Below, piece after piece: positions 9,006 through 18,681 of a stretch of DNA of 64,000 nucleotides. Source of the stretch: Acidimicrobiia bacterium (GTDB taxonomy: Bacteria > Actinomycetota > Acidimicrobiia > Spongiisociales > UBA11373); assembly GCA_040902765.1 (NCBI GenBank), contig JBBDWO010000007.1:20113-84112 (forward strand), in the 5' to 3' direction. The notes under the pieces were generated by a model. It saw only the letters and a list, made by a program, of their open reading frames with translations. It was not told the origin of the DNA and did not search any database. The translations under genes were made by a program, and so were the position numbers. Position 1 is the stretch's first letter. Each line of letters starts with the position of its first letter.

Positions 9006-10220
9006 ATGGACTTCGCCTTCAGCGACGGTGCGCTCGACTGGCAGCGGCGGCTTCGTGAGTTTCTGGACGATCGGGTCTTTCCCGCCGAGGCCGAGTTCAA
9101 CCGGCAGGTCGCCGACAGCGGCACCCCCTACTTCGATCCACCGGTCCTCGACGAGCTGAAGGCCGAGGCCCGTTCCCTAGGGCTGTGGAACTTGTTCCTG
9201 CCCGACGAGGAATGGGGAGCCGGCCTGTCGGTCCTCGAGTACGCCCCGCTCGCCGAGATGACCGGCTGGCAGCCCCATTACGCCCCTGAGGCCATCAACT
9301 GCTCGGCACCCGACACCGGGAACATGGAGATCCTGGCCATGTTCGGCACGCAGGAGCAGCAGGAGCGGTGGTTGGTGCCGCTGCTCGAAGCCGAGATCCG
9401 TTCGTGTTTCGCCATGACCGAACCGGCGGTGGCGTCGTCCGATGCCACCAACATCGCCTGCCGAATCGACGACGATGGCGACGACTTCGTGATCACCGGC
9501 ACCAAGTGGTGGTCCAGCGGAGCCATGTCGCCACGCTGCAAGATCGCCATCGTCATGGGGGTCACCGACCCCGACGCCGACGTGTACCACCGGCAGAGCA
9601 TGGTGCTGGTGCCGATGGAGGCTCCGGGAGTCCAGGTGGTCCGCGACCTCACCGTGTTCGGCTACCACGAGCGCGGGGGTCACGCCGAGATCCGCTTCGA
9701 CGGGGTTCGGGTCCCCAAGAGCAACCTGCTGGGCGAGCGAGGCGGCGGCTTTGCCATCGCCCAGGCGCGCCTCGGTCCCGGCCGCATCCACCACTGCATG
9801 CGGCTCATCGGGATGGCCGAGCGGGCCTTCGACGTCATGTGCCGGCGCGCTCTGGAGCGCACCGCCTTCGGCAAGTCGATCGCCGAGCAGGGGGTGGTGC
9901 AGGACTGGATCGCCGAAGCGCGCATCCGCATCGAACAAGCCCGGCTCATGGTGCTCAAGGCGGCGTGGCTCATCGATACCGTTGGGGTCAAGGGGGCGCG
10001 TATCGAGGTGTCGGCGATCAAGGTGGCGGTGCCCGAGATGGCCACCTGGGTGATCGACCGTGGGATCCAGGTGCTCGGCGGCGCCGGGGTGAGCGATGAC
10101 TTCCCGCTCGCCTCCCTCTACGCCCACGCCCGGACCCTGCGCATCGCCGATGGGCCCGACGAGGTGCACAAGCGCTCGGTGGCGCGGCGCGAGCTGCGGC
10201 GGGTGCGGGACGAGTCGTGA
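9006..10220 (+). CDS. acyl-CoA dehydrogenase
   Basis: 404 aa with an ATG start. ACAD blocks CFAMTEP, TGTKWWSSGA and a C-terminal IADGPDEVH. Confidence 0.9.
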   Translation: MDFAFSDGALDWQRRLREFLDDRVFPAEAEFNRQVADSGTPYFDPPVLDELKAEARSLGLWNLFLPDEEWGAGLSVLEYAPLAEMTGWQPHYAPEAINCSAPDTGNMEILAMFGTQEQQERWLVPLLEAEIRSCFAMTEPAVASSDATNIACRIDDDGDDFVITGTKWWSSGAMSPRCKIAIVMGVTDPDADVYHRQSMVLVPMEAPGVQVVRDLTVFGYHERGGHAEIRFDGVRVPKSNLLGERGGGFAIAQARLGPGRIHHCMRLIGMAERAFDVMCRRALERTAFGKSIAEQGVVQDWIAEARIRIEQARLMVLKAAWLIDTVGVKGARIEVSAIKVAVPEMATWVIDRGIQVLGGAGVSDDFPLASLYAHARTLRIADGPDEVHKRSVARRELRRVRDES

Positions 10221-11005
10221 CCGGGGCGGTGTTCGAGCCGGTCGGGGATGCCTTTCAGCCGCAGCCGGTGTCGCGGTCCGGGTGGGGCGAGGAGGTGCTG
10301 CACGGCGGGCCGGTGGCGGCGCTGTTCGTTCACCAGATGGAGCGGGTGCCGGCCCCGGTGCCGATGCAGGTCGCACGGCTCACCGTCGACATGTTCCGTC
10401 CAGTGCCCACCAGCCCGCTGACCGTCACCACGCAGGTGAGCAGGGAGGGCCGCCGGATCCAGACGCTCGAGGCGTCCATGACCTCAGACGGGGTCGAGGT
10501 GGCAAGGGCCACGATGCTGCGGATCAGGTCCGACGATCTGGCGGTACCCGACCACCCGACCCGTGAACCACTTCCGGACCCCGACGGGCTTCCGGTCCAT
10601 CGGATGGTCCATCCGATGCCGGAGCACGATGAGGACGATTGGTTCCACACCCGTGGCGTCGAGATGCGCCTCGTGTCGGGAGACATCGTCGAGCCAGGAC
10701 CGGCCACGGTGTGGATGCGTCTCACCGTTCCCATCGTTTCCGGCGAGGAGCCATCACCGACCCAGCGTGCAGTCGCCGTCGCCGACTTCCCCAACGGCAT
10801 CAGCCGGGTGCTGCCACCGGGATGGCTGTACATCAACCCCGACCTCACCGTGCATTTCGCTCGACCACCCGACGGCGAGTGGATCGCCCTGGGCGCCCGC
10901 ACCGACATCACCGGCGGTGTCGGCCTGGCCCAGGCCGACCTCTTCGACACCGCGGGCGCGTTCGGGCACTGCCTGCAGTCGCTGTTGGTGGCGCAGGGGT
11001 ACTGA
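10217..11005 (+). CDS. thioesterase-like superfamily protein (double hotdog, TesB-like)
   Basis: 262 aa with a GTG start that overlaps the ACAD stop (GTGA). The HGGPVAALF-type motif is typical of acyl-CoA thioesterase-like proteins. Confidence 0.6.
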   Translation: MTGAVFEPVGDAFQPQPVSRSGWGEEVLHGGPVAALFVHQMERVPAPVPMQVARLTVDMFRPVPTSPLTVTTQVSREGRRIQTLEASMTSDGVEVARATMLRIRSDDLAVPDHPTREPLPDPDGLPVHRMVHPMPEHDEDDWFHTRGVEMRLVSGDIVEPGPATVWMRLTVPIVSGEEPSPTQRAVAVADFPNGISRVLPPGWLYINPDLTVHFARPPDGEWIALGARTDITGGVGLAQADLFDTAGAFGHCLQSLLVAQGY

Positions 11006-11100
11006 TTCCCCTCTCTCCCCCCGTAGGGGGGAGTACCCGACGGCGGAGCCGTCAGGGGAGGGGGGAGGGCGAACGCTACGCAGCCCCCGCGACGCGGCCG
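11006..11100 (+). repeat. MITE-like element, U2 half copy
   Basis: CTCTCCCCCC-GTA-GGGGGGAG hairpin, CCCGACGGC-GGA-GCCGTCAGG hairpin, GGGGAGGGGGGAGGGCG, and a CGCGACGCG end. Confidence 0.75.
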
Positions 11101-11128
11101 CTCTTGGTTCTTGGCTCTTGGTTCTCCG
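11101..11128. repeat. heptamer array (YTCTTGG, 4 units)
   Basis: CTCTTGG TTCTTGG CTCTTGG TTCTCCG. Confidence 0.75.
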
Positions 11129-11140
11129 TACCATTCCATC

Positions 11141-11824
11141 ATGACCAACCCGCTCACCCGACCCCGCTGGCTCGCCGGGCATGCGCTCGCACTGGTGACG
11201 GTGGTGGCGTTCGTCAGCCTCGGGTTCTGGCAGCTGCGGCGGCATGCCGAGGTGCAGGGACTCCAGGCGGCGGTGGCTGAGGCATCCGCCCTGTCTGCTG
11301 TCGATGTCGCCGAGGCCGAGGCCGAGTTCTATCACCGGGTGTACGCCGCCGGGGTGTTCGATCACGAACGGGAGGTCCGGGTGCTTCGGTCCGAGGGGGG
11401 TGAGTCCGGAGAGCGGGTCATCACCCCACTGGTTCTGTCCGACGGCACCGCCATTCTGATCGACCGAGGCTGGGTGCCCCGGGGGGGAGGTCGGACCCGT
11501 CCATCTGAGGCGACGCGTGTCGAGGGGTATCTGTGGCCGGCCGAGCGCGGATCGTGGGTTCCGGAGTCCCTGGGAACCCGCCAGTTGGTGCGTCGTATCG
11601 ACCCGGCGGTCGTCCAGCCCTTCGTCGACTACCAGATCCTTGACGGCTATCTGATCGAGGCGGGCCCGACCGCCGAACCACCATCGATCTCGTCGGGTCC
11701 GCATCTGTCCTATGCGGTGCAGTGGTTCCTGTTCACGGGCGTGGTGCTGGTGGGCTATCCGCTGCTGTTGCGACGGGCTCTGCGGCGGGAGCGACTCGCT
11801 GACGCCCCACCTGGCTGCCGATGA
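11141..11824 (+). CDS. SURF1 family cytochrome oxidase assembly protein
   Basis: N-terminal TM helix followed by GFWQLRRH, then ITPL..DG..ILIDRGWVP, and a C-terminal YAVQWF plus TM helix. The ATG at 11141 is preferred to 11111. Confidence 0.75.
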   Translation: MTNPLTRPRWLAGHALALVTVVAFVSLGFWQLRRHAEVQGLQAAVAEASALSAVDVAEAEAEFYHRVYAAGVFDHEREVRVLRSEGGESGERVITPLVLSDGTAILIDRGWVPRGGGRTRPSEATRVEGYLWPAERGSWVPESLGTRQLVRRIDPAVVQPFVDYQILDGYLIEAGPTAEPPSISSGPHLSYAVQWFLFTGVVLVGYPLLLRRALRRERLADAPPGCR

Positions 11825-11981
11825 CGCCGACGGTGACGGCCAGGGTGCCGACAGTCTGAGTGACGCTCGGGGTCTCTTCGAGGAACACCCAGGCCAGGGC
11901 GGCGATCTGCACCAACATCGTGTTGTTGATCACCGCAGAGTGACGACGAGCGCCAGGACGATGACCCGGCGGTGCGGGTGT

Positions 11982-13292
11982 TCACCAGCCCGGCTGTTCC
12001 TTGAGCCAGTCGGTGCTGATGGTCGCCAGATGATCGACCGATGACGAGGCCGCCGCCAGGGCGGCATCCAGCGAGAACACGCTCTCCAGCATGTGCTCCT
12101 CGAGGTGGTCGGTGAGTTCGTCGCGCAGGTGGCGACCGCTGTCGAGGGCGCGAGCCGACGCCTCCTGGACGACCCGGTAGGCGGCGTCGCGGTCCATGCC
12201 CGCACGGATCAGGGCGAGCAGGACGGGCTGGCTGAACACCAGGCCGTTGCTGGCATCCAGGTTGGCCCGCATGCGGGCGGTGTCGACGACGAGACCGTCG
12301 ATCAGCCTGGTGGCGCGGGCGAGGGCGAAGTCGAGCACCTGGCAGGCGTCGGGGAGGATCACCCGTTCCACCGACGAGTGGCTGATGTCGCGCTCGTGCC
12401 ACAGGGCGACGTTCTCGAGGGCGGCGGAGGCGTATCCGCGAAGGAGGCGGGCAATGCCCGTGATGTTCTCGGCGAGGATCGGGTTGTGCTTGTGGGGCAT
12501 GGCGGACGAGCCCTTCTGCTGCTCGTGGAACGGCTCGGCGACCTCGCTGACCTCCGAACGCTGGAGGTGACGGATCTCGGTGGCCAGGCGTTCCAGCGTG
12601 GCTCCGACACCGGCGAGGGCGCCGACGAAGGCGGCATGACGGTCGCGGGCAACCACCTGAGTCGCGGCAGGCTCTGCCATGAGTCCGAGTACCCCGAGGA
12701 CGTGGCTCTCCACGTCGATGGGGACGGTGGCATGGGTGCCGACGGCCCCCGAGACCTTCCCGTAGGCCACGCTGTGCGCGGCGAACTGCAGCCGACGGTG
12801 AGCCCTGACCATCTCGAAGGCGAACCCGGCCATCTTGTGACCGAAGGTCGTGGGCTCGGCCCACATGCCGTGAGTCCGTCCGATCATCGGCGTGTCGCGG
12901 TGCGCCAGGGAGAGGCGTTGCAGCGATTCGAACAGGGCGAGTGACTTGTCGAGCAGCAGAGCGGCGGCGTCCCGGAGCTGGATTCCGAGAGCGGTGTCGA
13001 GGACGTCCGAGGAGGTGAGCCCGTAGTGCACCCAGCGACCGTGATCACCGGTGGACGAGGCCATGACGTCCACGAAGGCGGCGACATCGTGACGGGTCTC
13101 CGCCTCGCGCGCCTTCCAGACGGCCTGGTCTACCGGAGGTACCGCCGCAATGGCGCGGGCTGCGTCCTCGGGGATGTGGCCGTTGATGGCCCACGCCTCG
13201 GCGGCGAGCACCTCTATCTGCTGCCACAGCTCCAGGCGCCGCTCCTCGGACCAGAGGGCCCGCATCTCCGGAAGCGAGTACCGCTCGATCAT
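11982..13292 (-). CDS. purB: adenylosuccinate lyase
   Basis: 436 aa. MIERYSLPEM start, fumarate-lyase signature GSSAMPHKHNP, and a 4-nt overlap with purA. Confidence 0.95.
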   Translation of the reverse strand: MIERYSLPEMRALWSEERRLELWQQIEVLAAEAWAINGHIPEDAARAIAAVPPVDQAVWKAREAETRHDVAAFVDVMASSTGDHGRWVHYGLTSSDVLDTALGIQLRDAAALLLDKSLALFESLQRLSLAHRDTPMIGRTHGMWAEPTTFGHKMAGFAFEMVRAHRRLQFAAHSVAYGKVSGAVGTHATVPIDVESHVLGVLGLMAEPAATQVVARDRHAAFVGALAGVGATLERLATEIRHLQRSEVSEVAEPFHEQQKGSSAMPHKHNPILAENITGIARLLRGYASAALENVALWHERDISHSSVERVILPDACQVLDFALARATRLIDGLVVDTARMRANLDASNGLVFSQPVLLALIRAGMDRDAAYRVVQEASARALDSGRHLRDELTDHLEEHMLESVFSLDAALAAASSSVDHLATISTDWLKEQPGW

Positions 13293-14563
13293 GGCTTCCC
13301 GAACGTAGCGGCGCGCTCGGGACCCACCGAGACGATGGTCACCGGCACCCCGGCCACCTCCTCGATGCGTTCCACGTACCGCTGGGCCGCGTCGGGGAGG
13401 TCGGAGAACGACCGGACCTCGGTGATGTCGGTGCGCCAGCCCTCATGATCCTCATAGACGGGCTCACAGTCGTAGAGGACCCGGTGTTGCCGGGGGAACT
13501 CGTCGTAGGTGGTGTCGTCGGAGCGGTAGGCGTTGGCGATGCGGATCGTGTCGAACTCGGACAGCACGTCGAGCTTCATCACCGCCAGCTCGGTGATGCC
13601 GCTGACCCGCACCGCGTAGCGGAGGGCCACGCCGTCGAGCCACCCACACCGGCGGCGGCGGCCGGTGACCGTCCCGTACTCGCCACCCACCTGCACCATC
13701 CGCTCGCCGATCTCGTCATCGAGCTCGGTTGGGAAGGGTCCGGTACCGACCCGGGACACGTAGGCCTTGGTGAGCCCGAGCACCCGGTCGATGTCCTTCG
13801 GGCCGACGCCGACTCCGGTCATCACGCCACCGGCCGTCGGACTCGACGAAGTGACGAACGGATAGGTGCCGTGGTCGATGTCGAGGAGCACGCCCTGGGC
13901 CCCCTCGAAGATGACGTTCTTGCCGTCGCGGATCGCCTTCCACACCAGCAAGGATGTGTCCTCGACGTGGTCGGCGAGCTGACGGGCGTAGGCCAGGTAC
14001 TCCTCGGCGATGTCGGAGGCGTCGAACGCCAGCTGGTTGTAGAGCTTGGTGAGCTGCTTGTTGGCCTCGCGGACCGCCGCTTCGAGCTTGTCGCGGAAGA
14101 TCTTCGGGTCGTACAGGTCCTGGACCCGGATGCCGATGCGGGCGTACTTGTCCAGGTAGGCCGGGCCGATGCCCCGCTTGGTGGTGCCGATCAGGTTCTT
14201 GCCGAGGAAGCGTTCCCGCACCGCATCGAGCTTGCGGTGGTACGGCATGATCAGGTGGGCGTTCGCCGAGATCTTGAGCCGCCCGGGATCGATGCCACGG
14301 CTTCGCAGCATCGCCATCTCCTCGAGGAGCACCTGGGGGTCGATGACGCAGCCGTTGCCGATCACCGGGGTCACGGTCGGGTAGATCACCCCGGAGGGGA
14401 TCAGGCTGAGGGCAAACTTCTCGTCACCGATGACGATGGTGTGGCCGGCGTTGTTGCCACCCTGGTAGCGGACGACCATGTCGGCGTCCTGGGCGAGGAG
14501 ATTGGCGATCTTCCCCTTCCCCTCGTCACCCCATTGGGCTCCGATGACGACGGTCGTGGGCAT
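13289..14563 (-). CDS. purA: adenylosuccinate synthetase
   Basis: 424 aa. GAQWGDEGKGK P-loop, GGNNAGHT and GTTKRGIGPAY. Confidence 0.95.
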   Translation of the reverse strand: MPTTVVIGAQWGDEGKGKIANLLAQDADMVVRYQGGNNAGHTIVIGDEKFALSLIPSGVIYPTVTPVIGNGCVIDPQVLLEEMAMLRSRGIDPGRLKISANAHLIMPYHRKLDAVRERFLGKNLIGTTKRGIGPAYLDKYARIGIRVQDLYDPKIFRDKLEAAVREANKQLTKLYNQLAFDASDIAEEYLAYARQLADHVEDTSLLVWKAIRDGKNVIFEGAQGVLLDIDHGTYPFVTSSSPTAGGVMTGVGVGPKDIDRVLGLTKAYVSRVGTGPFPTELDDEIGERMVQVGGEYGTVTGRRRRCGWLDGVALRYAVRVSGITELAVMKLDVLSEFDTIRIANAYRSDDTTYDEFPRQHRVLYDCEPVYEDHEGWRTDITEVRSFSDLPDAAQRYVERIEEVAGVPVTIVSVGPERAATFGKP

Positions 14564-14601
14564 GGTCGGCTGAGGACTCCTAGCTAGTTGCAGGGGGATG
14601 G

Positions 14602-14630
14602 TAACGGAAGCGCCGAAGGCGCTTCCGTTA
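14602..14630 (-). other. perfect 13-bp stem-loop in the purA upstream region
   Basis: TAACGGAAGCGCC-GAA-GGCGCTTCCGTTA. Its 3' arm runs into the GTTATTC heptamer array. It lies 39 nt upstream of the purA ATG. Confidence 0.4.
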
Positions 14631-14650
14631 TTCGTTATTCGTTATTCGCT
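14627..14650. repeat. heptamer array (GTTATTC, 3 units)
   Basis: GTTATTC x3 followed by GCT. It is inverted relative to the 14705-14734 array. Confidence 0.8.
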
Positions 14651-14704
14651 AGGTCTCGCATACAGCAGTACCTATCAGATCAACGCCTCAGCAGGAACCG
14701 CCTT

Positions 14705-14734
14705 GCGAATAGCGAATAGCGAATTGCGAATCGC
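14705..14734. repeat. heptamer array (GCGAATA-type, 4 units)
   Basis: GCGAATA GCGAATA GCGAATT GCGAATC GC. Confidence 0.85.
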
Positions 14735-14735
14735 C

Positions 14736-14760
14736 GGGATCTGACCGAAGGTCAGATCCC
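14736..14760 (-). terminator. stem-loop overlapping the yjbQ-like stop codon (possible terminator)
   Basis: GGGATCTGACC-GAA-GGTCAGATCCC, a perfect 11-bp stem. There is no clear U tract. Confidence 0.35.
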
Positions 14761-15345
14761 CTGCACATGCACCACGACGCGGCGCTCGCGGGGCTGGTCG
14801 AGCTCTCCGAAGAGGACCTTCTGCCACATGCCGAGCAGCATCTCGCCGTCGACCACCGGGATCGTCGCCGATGCGCTGCCGACGAGCATCTGGCGGCAGT
14901 GAGCGTGGCCGTTGACCAGCTCGTCCTCCTGGAGGTTCTCGGTACGGAGGTCGGGGTCGTCGTGCTCGTAGTAGCCCTCGCATGGGACGAGGGTGTCCAT
15001 CATCCGCCGGAAGTCGTTGAGAAAGCCCGTTTCCGACTCGTTGAGGACGATGGTCGTCGTGGTGTGTGGCGTGTGGACCGTCACCTGGCCATGGCGGATT
15101 CCCGAACGGGCCACCACCTCACGGGTGAAGTCGGTGAGGTCCCAAAACTCGGTCCCGTCGGTGGTCGAGAAGTGGAGGACTTCGGTACGGATGAGGGGGC
15201 TGTCCGAGGCTGCGAGGAGGGTGATGGAGCCTTCGGGGCTCCGGGTACCACGGCGGGTGATGGCGTGTTCGTCCACGAGTCGATGTCTCCGGGTCAGGTA
15301 CTGCGCTCGCACGATAGCGGGGGACACGCGCGTATCGGGTGTCAA
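14752..15345 (-). CDS. YjbQ/UPF0047 family (secondary thiamine-phosphate synthase-like) protein
   Basis: HTTTTIVLNE and NGHAHCRQMLVGS motifs. The ORF-track start is a TTG and the family is usually about 140 aa, so the true start is probably further downstream. Confidence 0.7.
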   Translation of the reverse strand: MTPDTRVSPAIVRAQYLTRRHRLVDEHAITRRGTRSPEGSITLLAASDSPLIRTEVLHFSTTDGTEFWDLTDFTREVVARSGIRHGQVTVHTPHTTTTIVLNESETGFLNDFRRMMDTLVPCEGYYEHDDPDLRTENLQEDELVNGHAHCRQMLVGSASATIPVVDGEMLLGMWQKVLFGELDQPRERRVVVHVQGI

Positions 15346-15390
15346 GGGGAGGCGCGATTAGGGCGCGCCGGATGCTTCTGATCGGCTCGG

Positions 15391-16602
15391 TCAAAACCCG
15401 CCGGCAACCAGCGACCCGCCCCTATACACCGCCGCGATCCTCTCCCGTAGCCCGTCCAGGTCGAGTGGATCACCGTCTATGACCACCAGGTCGGCTCGTT
15501 TGCCCGCTTCGACCGTGCCGCGGTCCTCGAGGAGCCCCATGCACTCTGCGGCGTTGCGGGTGGTCGCCACCAGCACATCGGACGCCGACATGCCCCCGTC
15601 ACGCATCAGGGCCAGCTCGTCGAGGTTCTGGCCGTGCGGCGTGACGCCGCTGTCGGTGCCCATGGCGACGGTGACCCCGGCGGCGACGGCCCGGCTGAAC
15701 GAATCCCGGTGGATCTCCACCACCTCCCGCGCCTTGCGCAGCGACTCGTCGGGAACGGACGCGCCGGCTTCGGCGGCCTTGATGACGCCGGTAGGCGCCA
15801 CCAAGGTGGGGACTAGGTAGGTGCCGTTCTTCAGCATCAGGCCGATGGCCTCGTCGTCGAGGAAGATCCCGTGCTCGATCGATCGGATGCCAGCCCGCAC
15901 CGCGTTCTTGATGCCGTCGTAGGCCTGGGCATGGGCCATCACCCAGCGACCGAGGGTGGCGGCCTCTCTGACTAGGACCTCCAGCTCGTCAGGCTGGAAG
16001 TGGGCGTGACGGGGGTCGTCGCGAGGCGACAGGACGCCTCCGGACGTCGCCACCTTGATGACGTCGGCACCCATGCGGATCAGCTCCCGGACTTTGCGGC
16101 GCATCTCCTCGGGCCCATCGACGATGGTGCTTGGTACGCCCGGGTGCTCGCCGAGGAAGCGGAGATACGCTCCCGACGGCATCCAGCCGTCGCCGTGGCC
16201 GCCAGTCTGGCTGAGCATCCCCAGCGAGATCTGCATGCTCGGACCGTTGATGTAGCCCTGCTCGATGGCGGTCTTGACACCCAGGTCGGCACCGCCGGCG
16301 TCCCGGACCGTGGTGATCCCGGCGGCCAGCGTGGCCCCGAGATTGCGGGCCGCCTCATAGAAACGCATCGAGAACGGGGTCTGCAGGTGGCGGAACATGT
16401 CGACGTGACTGATGACGACGTGCACATGGCAGTCGAACAGCCCCGGCAGCAGCGCCCGCCCCCCGAGGTCGACGGCATCGTCGCCGTCGAGGCCGGTGCC
16501 GACCTCGACGATCCGCCCATCCTCGACCACGACGTCGCCGTCGGCGATGGGTGAGCCGGTCCCGTCGAAGATGCGCCCCTTGGTGAACAGTGTGCGAGTC
16601 AT
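15391..16602 (-). CDS. metal-dependent amidohydrolase
   Basis: 403 aa with an ATG start. LPGLFDCHVHV metal motif, and an imidazolonepropionase/prolidase-like layout ending in ADLVVIDGDP. Confidence 0.85.
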   Translation of the reverse strand: MTRTLFTKGRIFDGTGSPIADGDVVVEDGRIVEVGTGLDGDDAVDLGGRALLPGLFDCHVHVVISHVDMFRHLQTPFSMRFYEAARNLGATLAAGITTVRDAGGADLGVKTAIEQGYINGPSMQISLGMLSQTGGHGDGWMPSGAYLRFLGEHPGVPSTIVDGPEEMRRKVRELIRMGADVIKVATSGGVLSPRDDPRHAHFQPDELEVLVREAATLGRWVMAHAQAYDGIKNAVRAGIRSIEHGIFLDDEAIGLMLKNGTYLVPTLVAPTGVIKAAEAGASVPDESLRKAREVVEIHRDSFSRAVAAGVTVAMGTDSGVTPHGQNLDELALMRDGGMSASDVLVATTRNAAECMGLLEDRGTVEAGKRADLVVIDGDPLDLDGLRERIAAVYRGGSLVAGGF

Positions 16603-16615
16603 GAGTCCGAGGTTA

Positions 16616-16643
16616 GAGAGGGGCGAGGGGCGAGGGGCGACTG
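16616..16643. repeat. heptamer array (GCGAGGG, 4 units)
   Basis: GAGAGGG GCGAGGG GCGAGGG GCGACTG. It fills most of the 45-nt gap between two genes. Confidence 0.75.
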
Positions 16644-16647
16644 CCCG

Positions 16648-17466
16648 TCAGGAGCGACCCGCCTCGACGTTGAGGTGGAACCCCCAGCGGCCGGGAGACC
16701 GATTCATACGCAGGATCGTAAATCCGGATTCGGTGAGAACCTCGGTCAGTTCCTCGGCGGTGAACTGGTAGATGTGTCGGTCCTCGGTGGTGACCGCCGG
16801 GTCTGCCGGTGGCATGTCTCGCCAGTCGCTGTAGGAGTCGGGCACCCGACCCCACGAGTCGGCGTCGGGAGTGGAGAGGAACAGTCGGCCGCCCGGTGTC
16901 ATCGCATCGTGGATGCGCCTCATGGTCGGGACGGGCGCGAAGTTGAAGTGCTCGATCACCTCGGTCATGACGACCCCGTCGTAAGGCGGGTTGGGGACAT
17001 CCGCTATCTCGACGTTGGCTTTGACGACTACCAGGGCATGCGATGCGGCCAGTGCGGTCGTGATGCGGCCGGGGTCGATGTCGACGCAGGTGATCGTCGC
17101 CGGAGTGGCCATGTCAGCGAACACGGCGAGGGCACCGTATCCGGAGCCGATGTCGATCATGCGTTGCGGAGCGGCTCGTTCGGACCATTCGAGGATCCAC
17201 GCCGGCAACCGGAGCCAATAGAGCGTCTCCTCCGCCCGGTACAGGTCCGTGTAGGCGTCGGGCGGAGCGTGCTCGGTGACGGCTCGCTGAGCGGCCACCA
17301 CCAACTGCCCGGCTGGGGTGAGGGGGAAGTCGACGAGCGTTGGGAGATCTGCGCGCACTTCCGTCAGGTCGTTCTCGAGGCTGGCGATTCGACGATGAAG
17401 CGCCCGGTACTCGGATCGGAGTCTGGTCAGCAGTCTCAGCCGCGAGGCGAGTCGGAGCGGGCTCAT
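16648..17466 (-). CDS. class I SAM-dependent methyltransferase
   Basis: 272 aa. Motif I IDIGSGYG, then an acidic residue (CVDID) and a VVMTEVIEH block. Confidence 0.75.
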   Translation of the reverse strand: MSPLRLASRLRLLTRLRSEYRALHRRIASLENDLTEVRADLPTLVDFPLTPAGQLVVAAQRAVTEHAPPDAYTDLYRAEETLYWLRLPAWILEWSERAAPQRMIDIGSGYGALAVFADMATPATITCVDIDPGRITTALAASHALVVVKANVEIADVPNPPYDGVVMTEVIEHFNFAPVPTMRRIHDAMTPGGRLFLSTPDADSWGRVPDSYSDWRDMPPADPAVTTEDRHIYQFTAEELTEVLTESGFTILRMNRSPGRWGFHLNVEAGRS

Positions 17467-17526
17467 GGAGTGCGGGATGGCAAGGCGGGCTTCATCGGAG
17501 GAGAGCCTAGGGACGGCGTGTCGTCC

Positions 17527-18681
17527 CTACCCCGGCTGTCTTGCCCCGCTGGCCCGTGGTACTAGGAGCACCGCGGCGGCGACGAGGACGGCGGCGAGTC
17601 GGTAGGGACTTGCCGTCGAGATGCCGAAGAGCACACCGCCGATCACCGGTCCCACGGCTCGGGCGAGTCCGCCCGCCGATGCGTGGGCACCGAGTGCCGC
17701 TCCCGACCCGTAGCTCCCGGCGGCGCCGGCGACGGCCGATGACACCACGGGCACCAGCAACCCCTGACCGAAGGCGAGGAGGGCCAGGCCCGAGGCCAGC
17801 ACGCCGGCGCTCGCCGCTTCGGAGAGGAGCAGGAACCCCACCACGTTGATCATCAGGCCCAGGCGGATGCTTCCGGTGTCGCCGAGGCGCGTGGCGAGGC
17901 CCCCGGCAAGGACCGCCTGCGTGAGGACCAGGATCACACCGACGCCGGCGAAGGCGAAGGCGACGGAAGACGGCGTCATCGCGAGGCGCTCCTGGCCCAG
18001 CAAGGCGAAGGTCGCTTCGAAGGCACTGAAGGCGACGACGCTGACGAAGGTGAGGGCCACCAGGCGGCGCACCCGTGCCGGGATCGACCGCGGTCCTTCT
18101 GTCGCTGGCCGGATCGCAGACGAGCGTGTCTCGGCGATGCGTGCCCAGCCGACGATGAGGTTGATCGTCGATAGCGCCGCCGCCACGAAGAACGGAAGGG
18201 AGCGCCCGCCGAGCGCCGCCAGCCCTCCGATCAGCGGTCCCACCACCAAGCCGACGCCGAAGGCGGCGCCGAGCAGTCCCATCAGCCGGGGGCGGTCGGC
18301 AGCATCGGAGGTGTCGGCGATCACGGCTCTCGCAACGGACACACTGGCTCCAGATGCCCCGTCGAGGACCCGGCCCACGAACAGCATCACCAACCCGCCC
18401 GCCAGTCCGAGGATCAGGCTGCCCACCGCCGATCCGGCGATGGTCAGCAGCAGGATCGGTCTGCGGCCGAACCGATCCGACAGCCGCCCCCAGACGGGCG
18501 CGAGGGCGAACTGGGCGAGCGAGTAGGCGGCGACGAGCAGGCCGATCGTCCCGGGCGTGGCGCCGAAGTCCTCGGCGTACAGGGGGAGGATCGGGATGAT
18601 GATGCCGAAACCGAGCAGGTCGATGGCCACCGCCGCCCAAACGGCCCAGAAGCCAGGGGGGTTTGGATGCCGCCGACTCAT
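17527..18681 (-). CDS. MFS transporter, last gene of the heme operon
   Basis: Multiple TM helices and the MFS loop GRLSDRFGRRP. The start is the ATG at 18681, which overlaps the hemY stop (ATGA). The ORF-track extension to 19128 overlaps hemY and is rejected. Confidence 0.8.
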   Translation of the reverse strand: MSRRHPNPPGFWAVWAAVAIDLLGFGIIIPILPLYAEDFGATPGTIGLLVAAYSLAQFALAPVWGRLSDRFGRRPILLLTIAGSAVGSLILGLAGGLVMLFVGRVLDGASGASVSVARAVIADTSDAADRPRLMGLLGAAFGVGLVVGPLIGGLAALGGRSLPFFVAAALSTINLIVGWARIAETRSSAIRPATEGPRSIPARVRRLVALTFVSVVAFSAFEATFALLGQERLAMTPSSVAFAFAGVGVILVLTQAVLAGGLATRLGDTGSIRLGLMINVVGFLLLSEAASAGVLASGLALLAFGQGLLVPVVSSAVAGAAGSYGSGAALGAHASAGGLARAVGPVIGGVLFGISTASPYRLAAVLVAAAVLLVPRASGARQPG

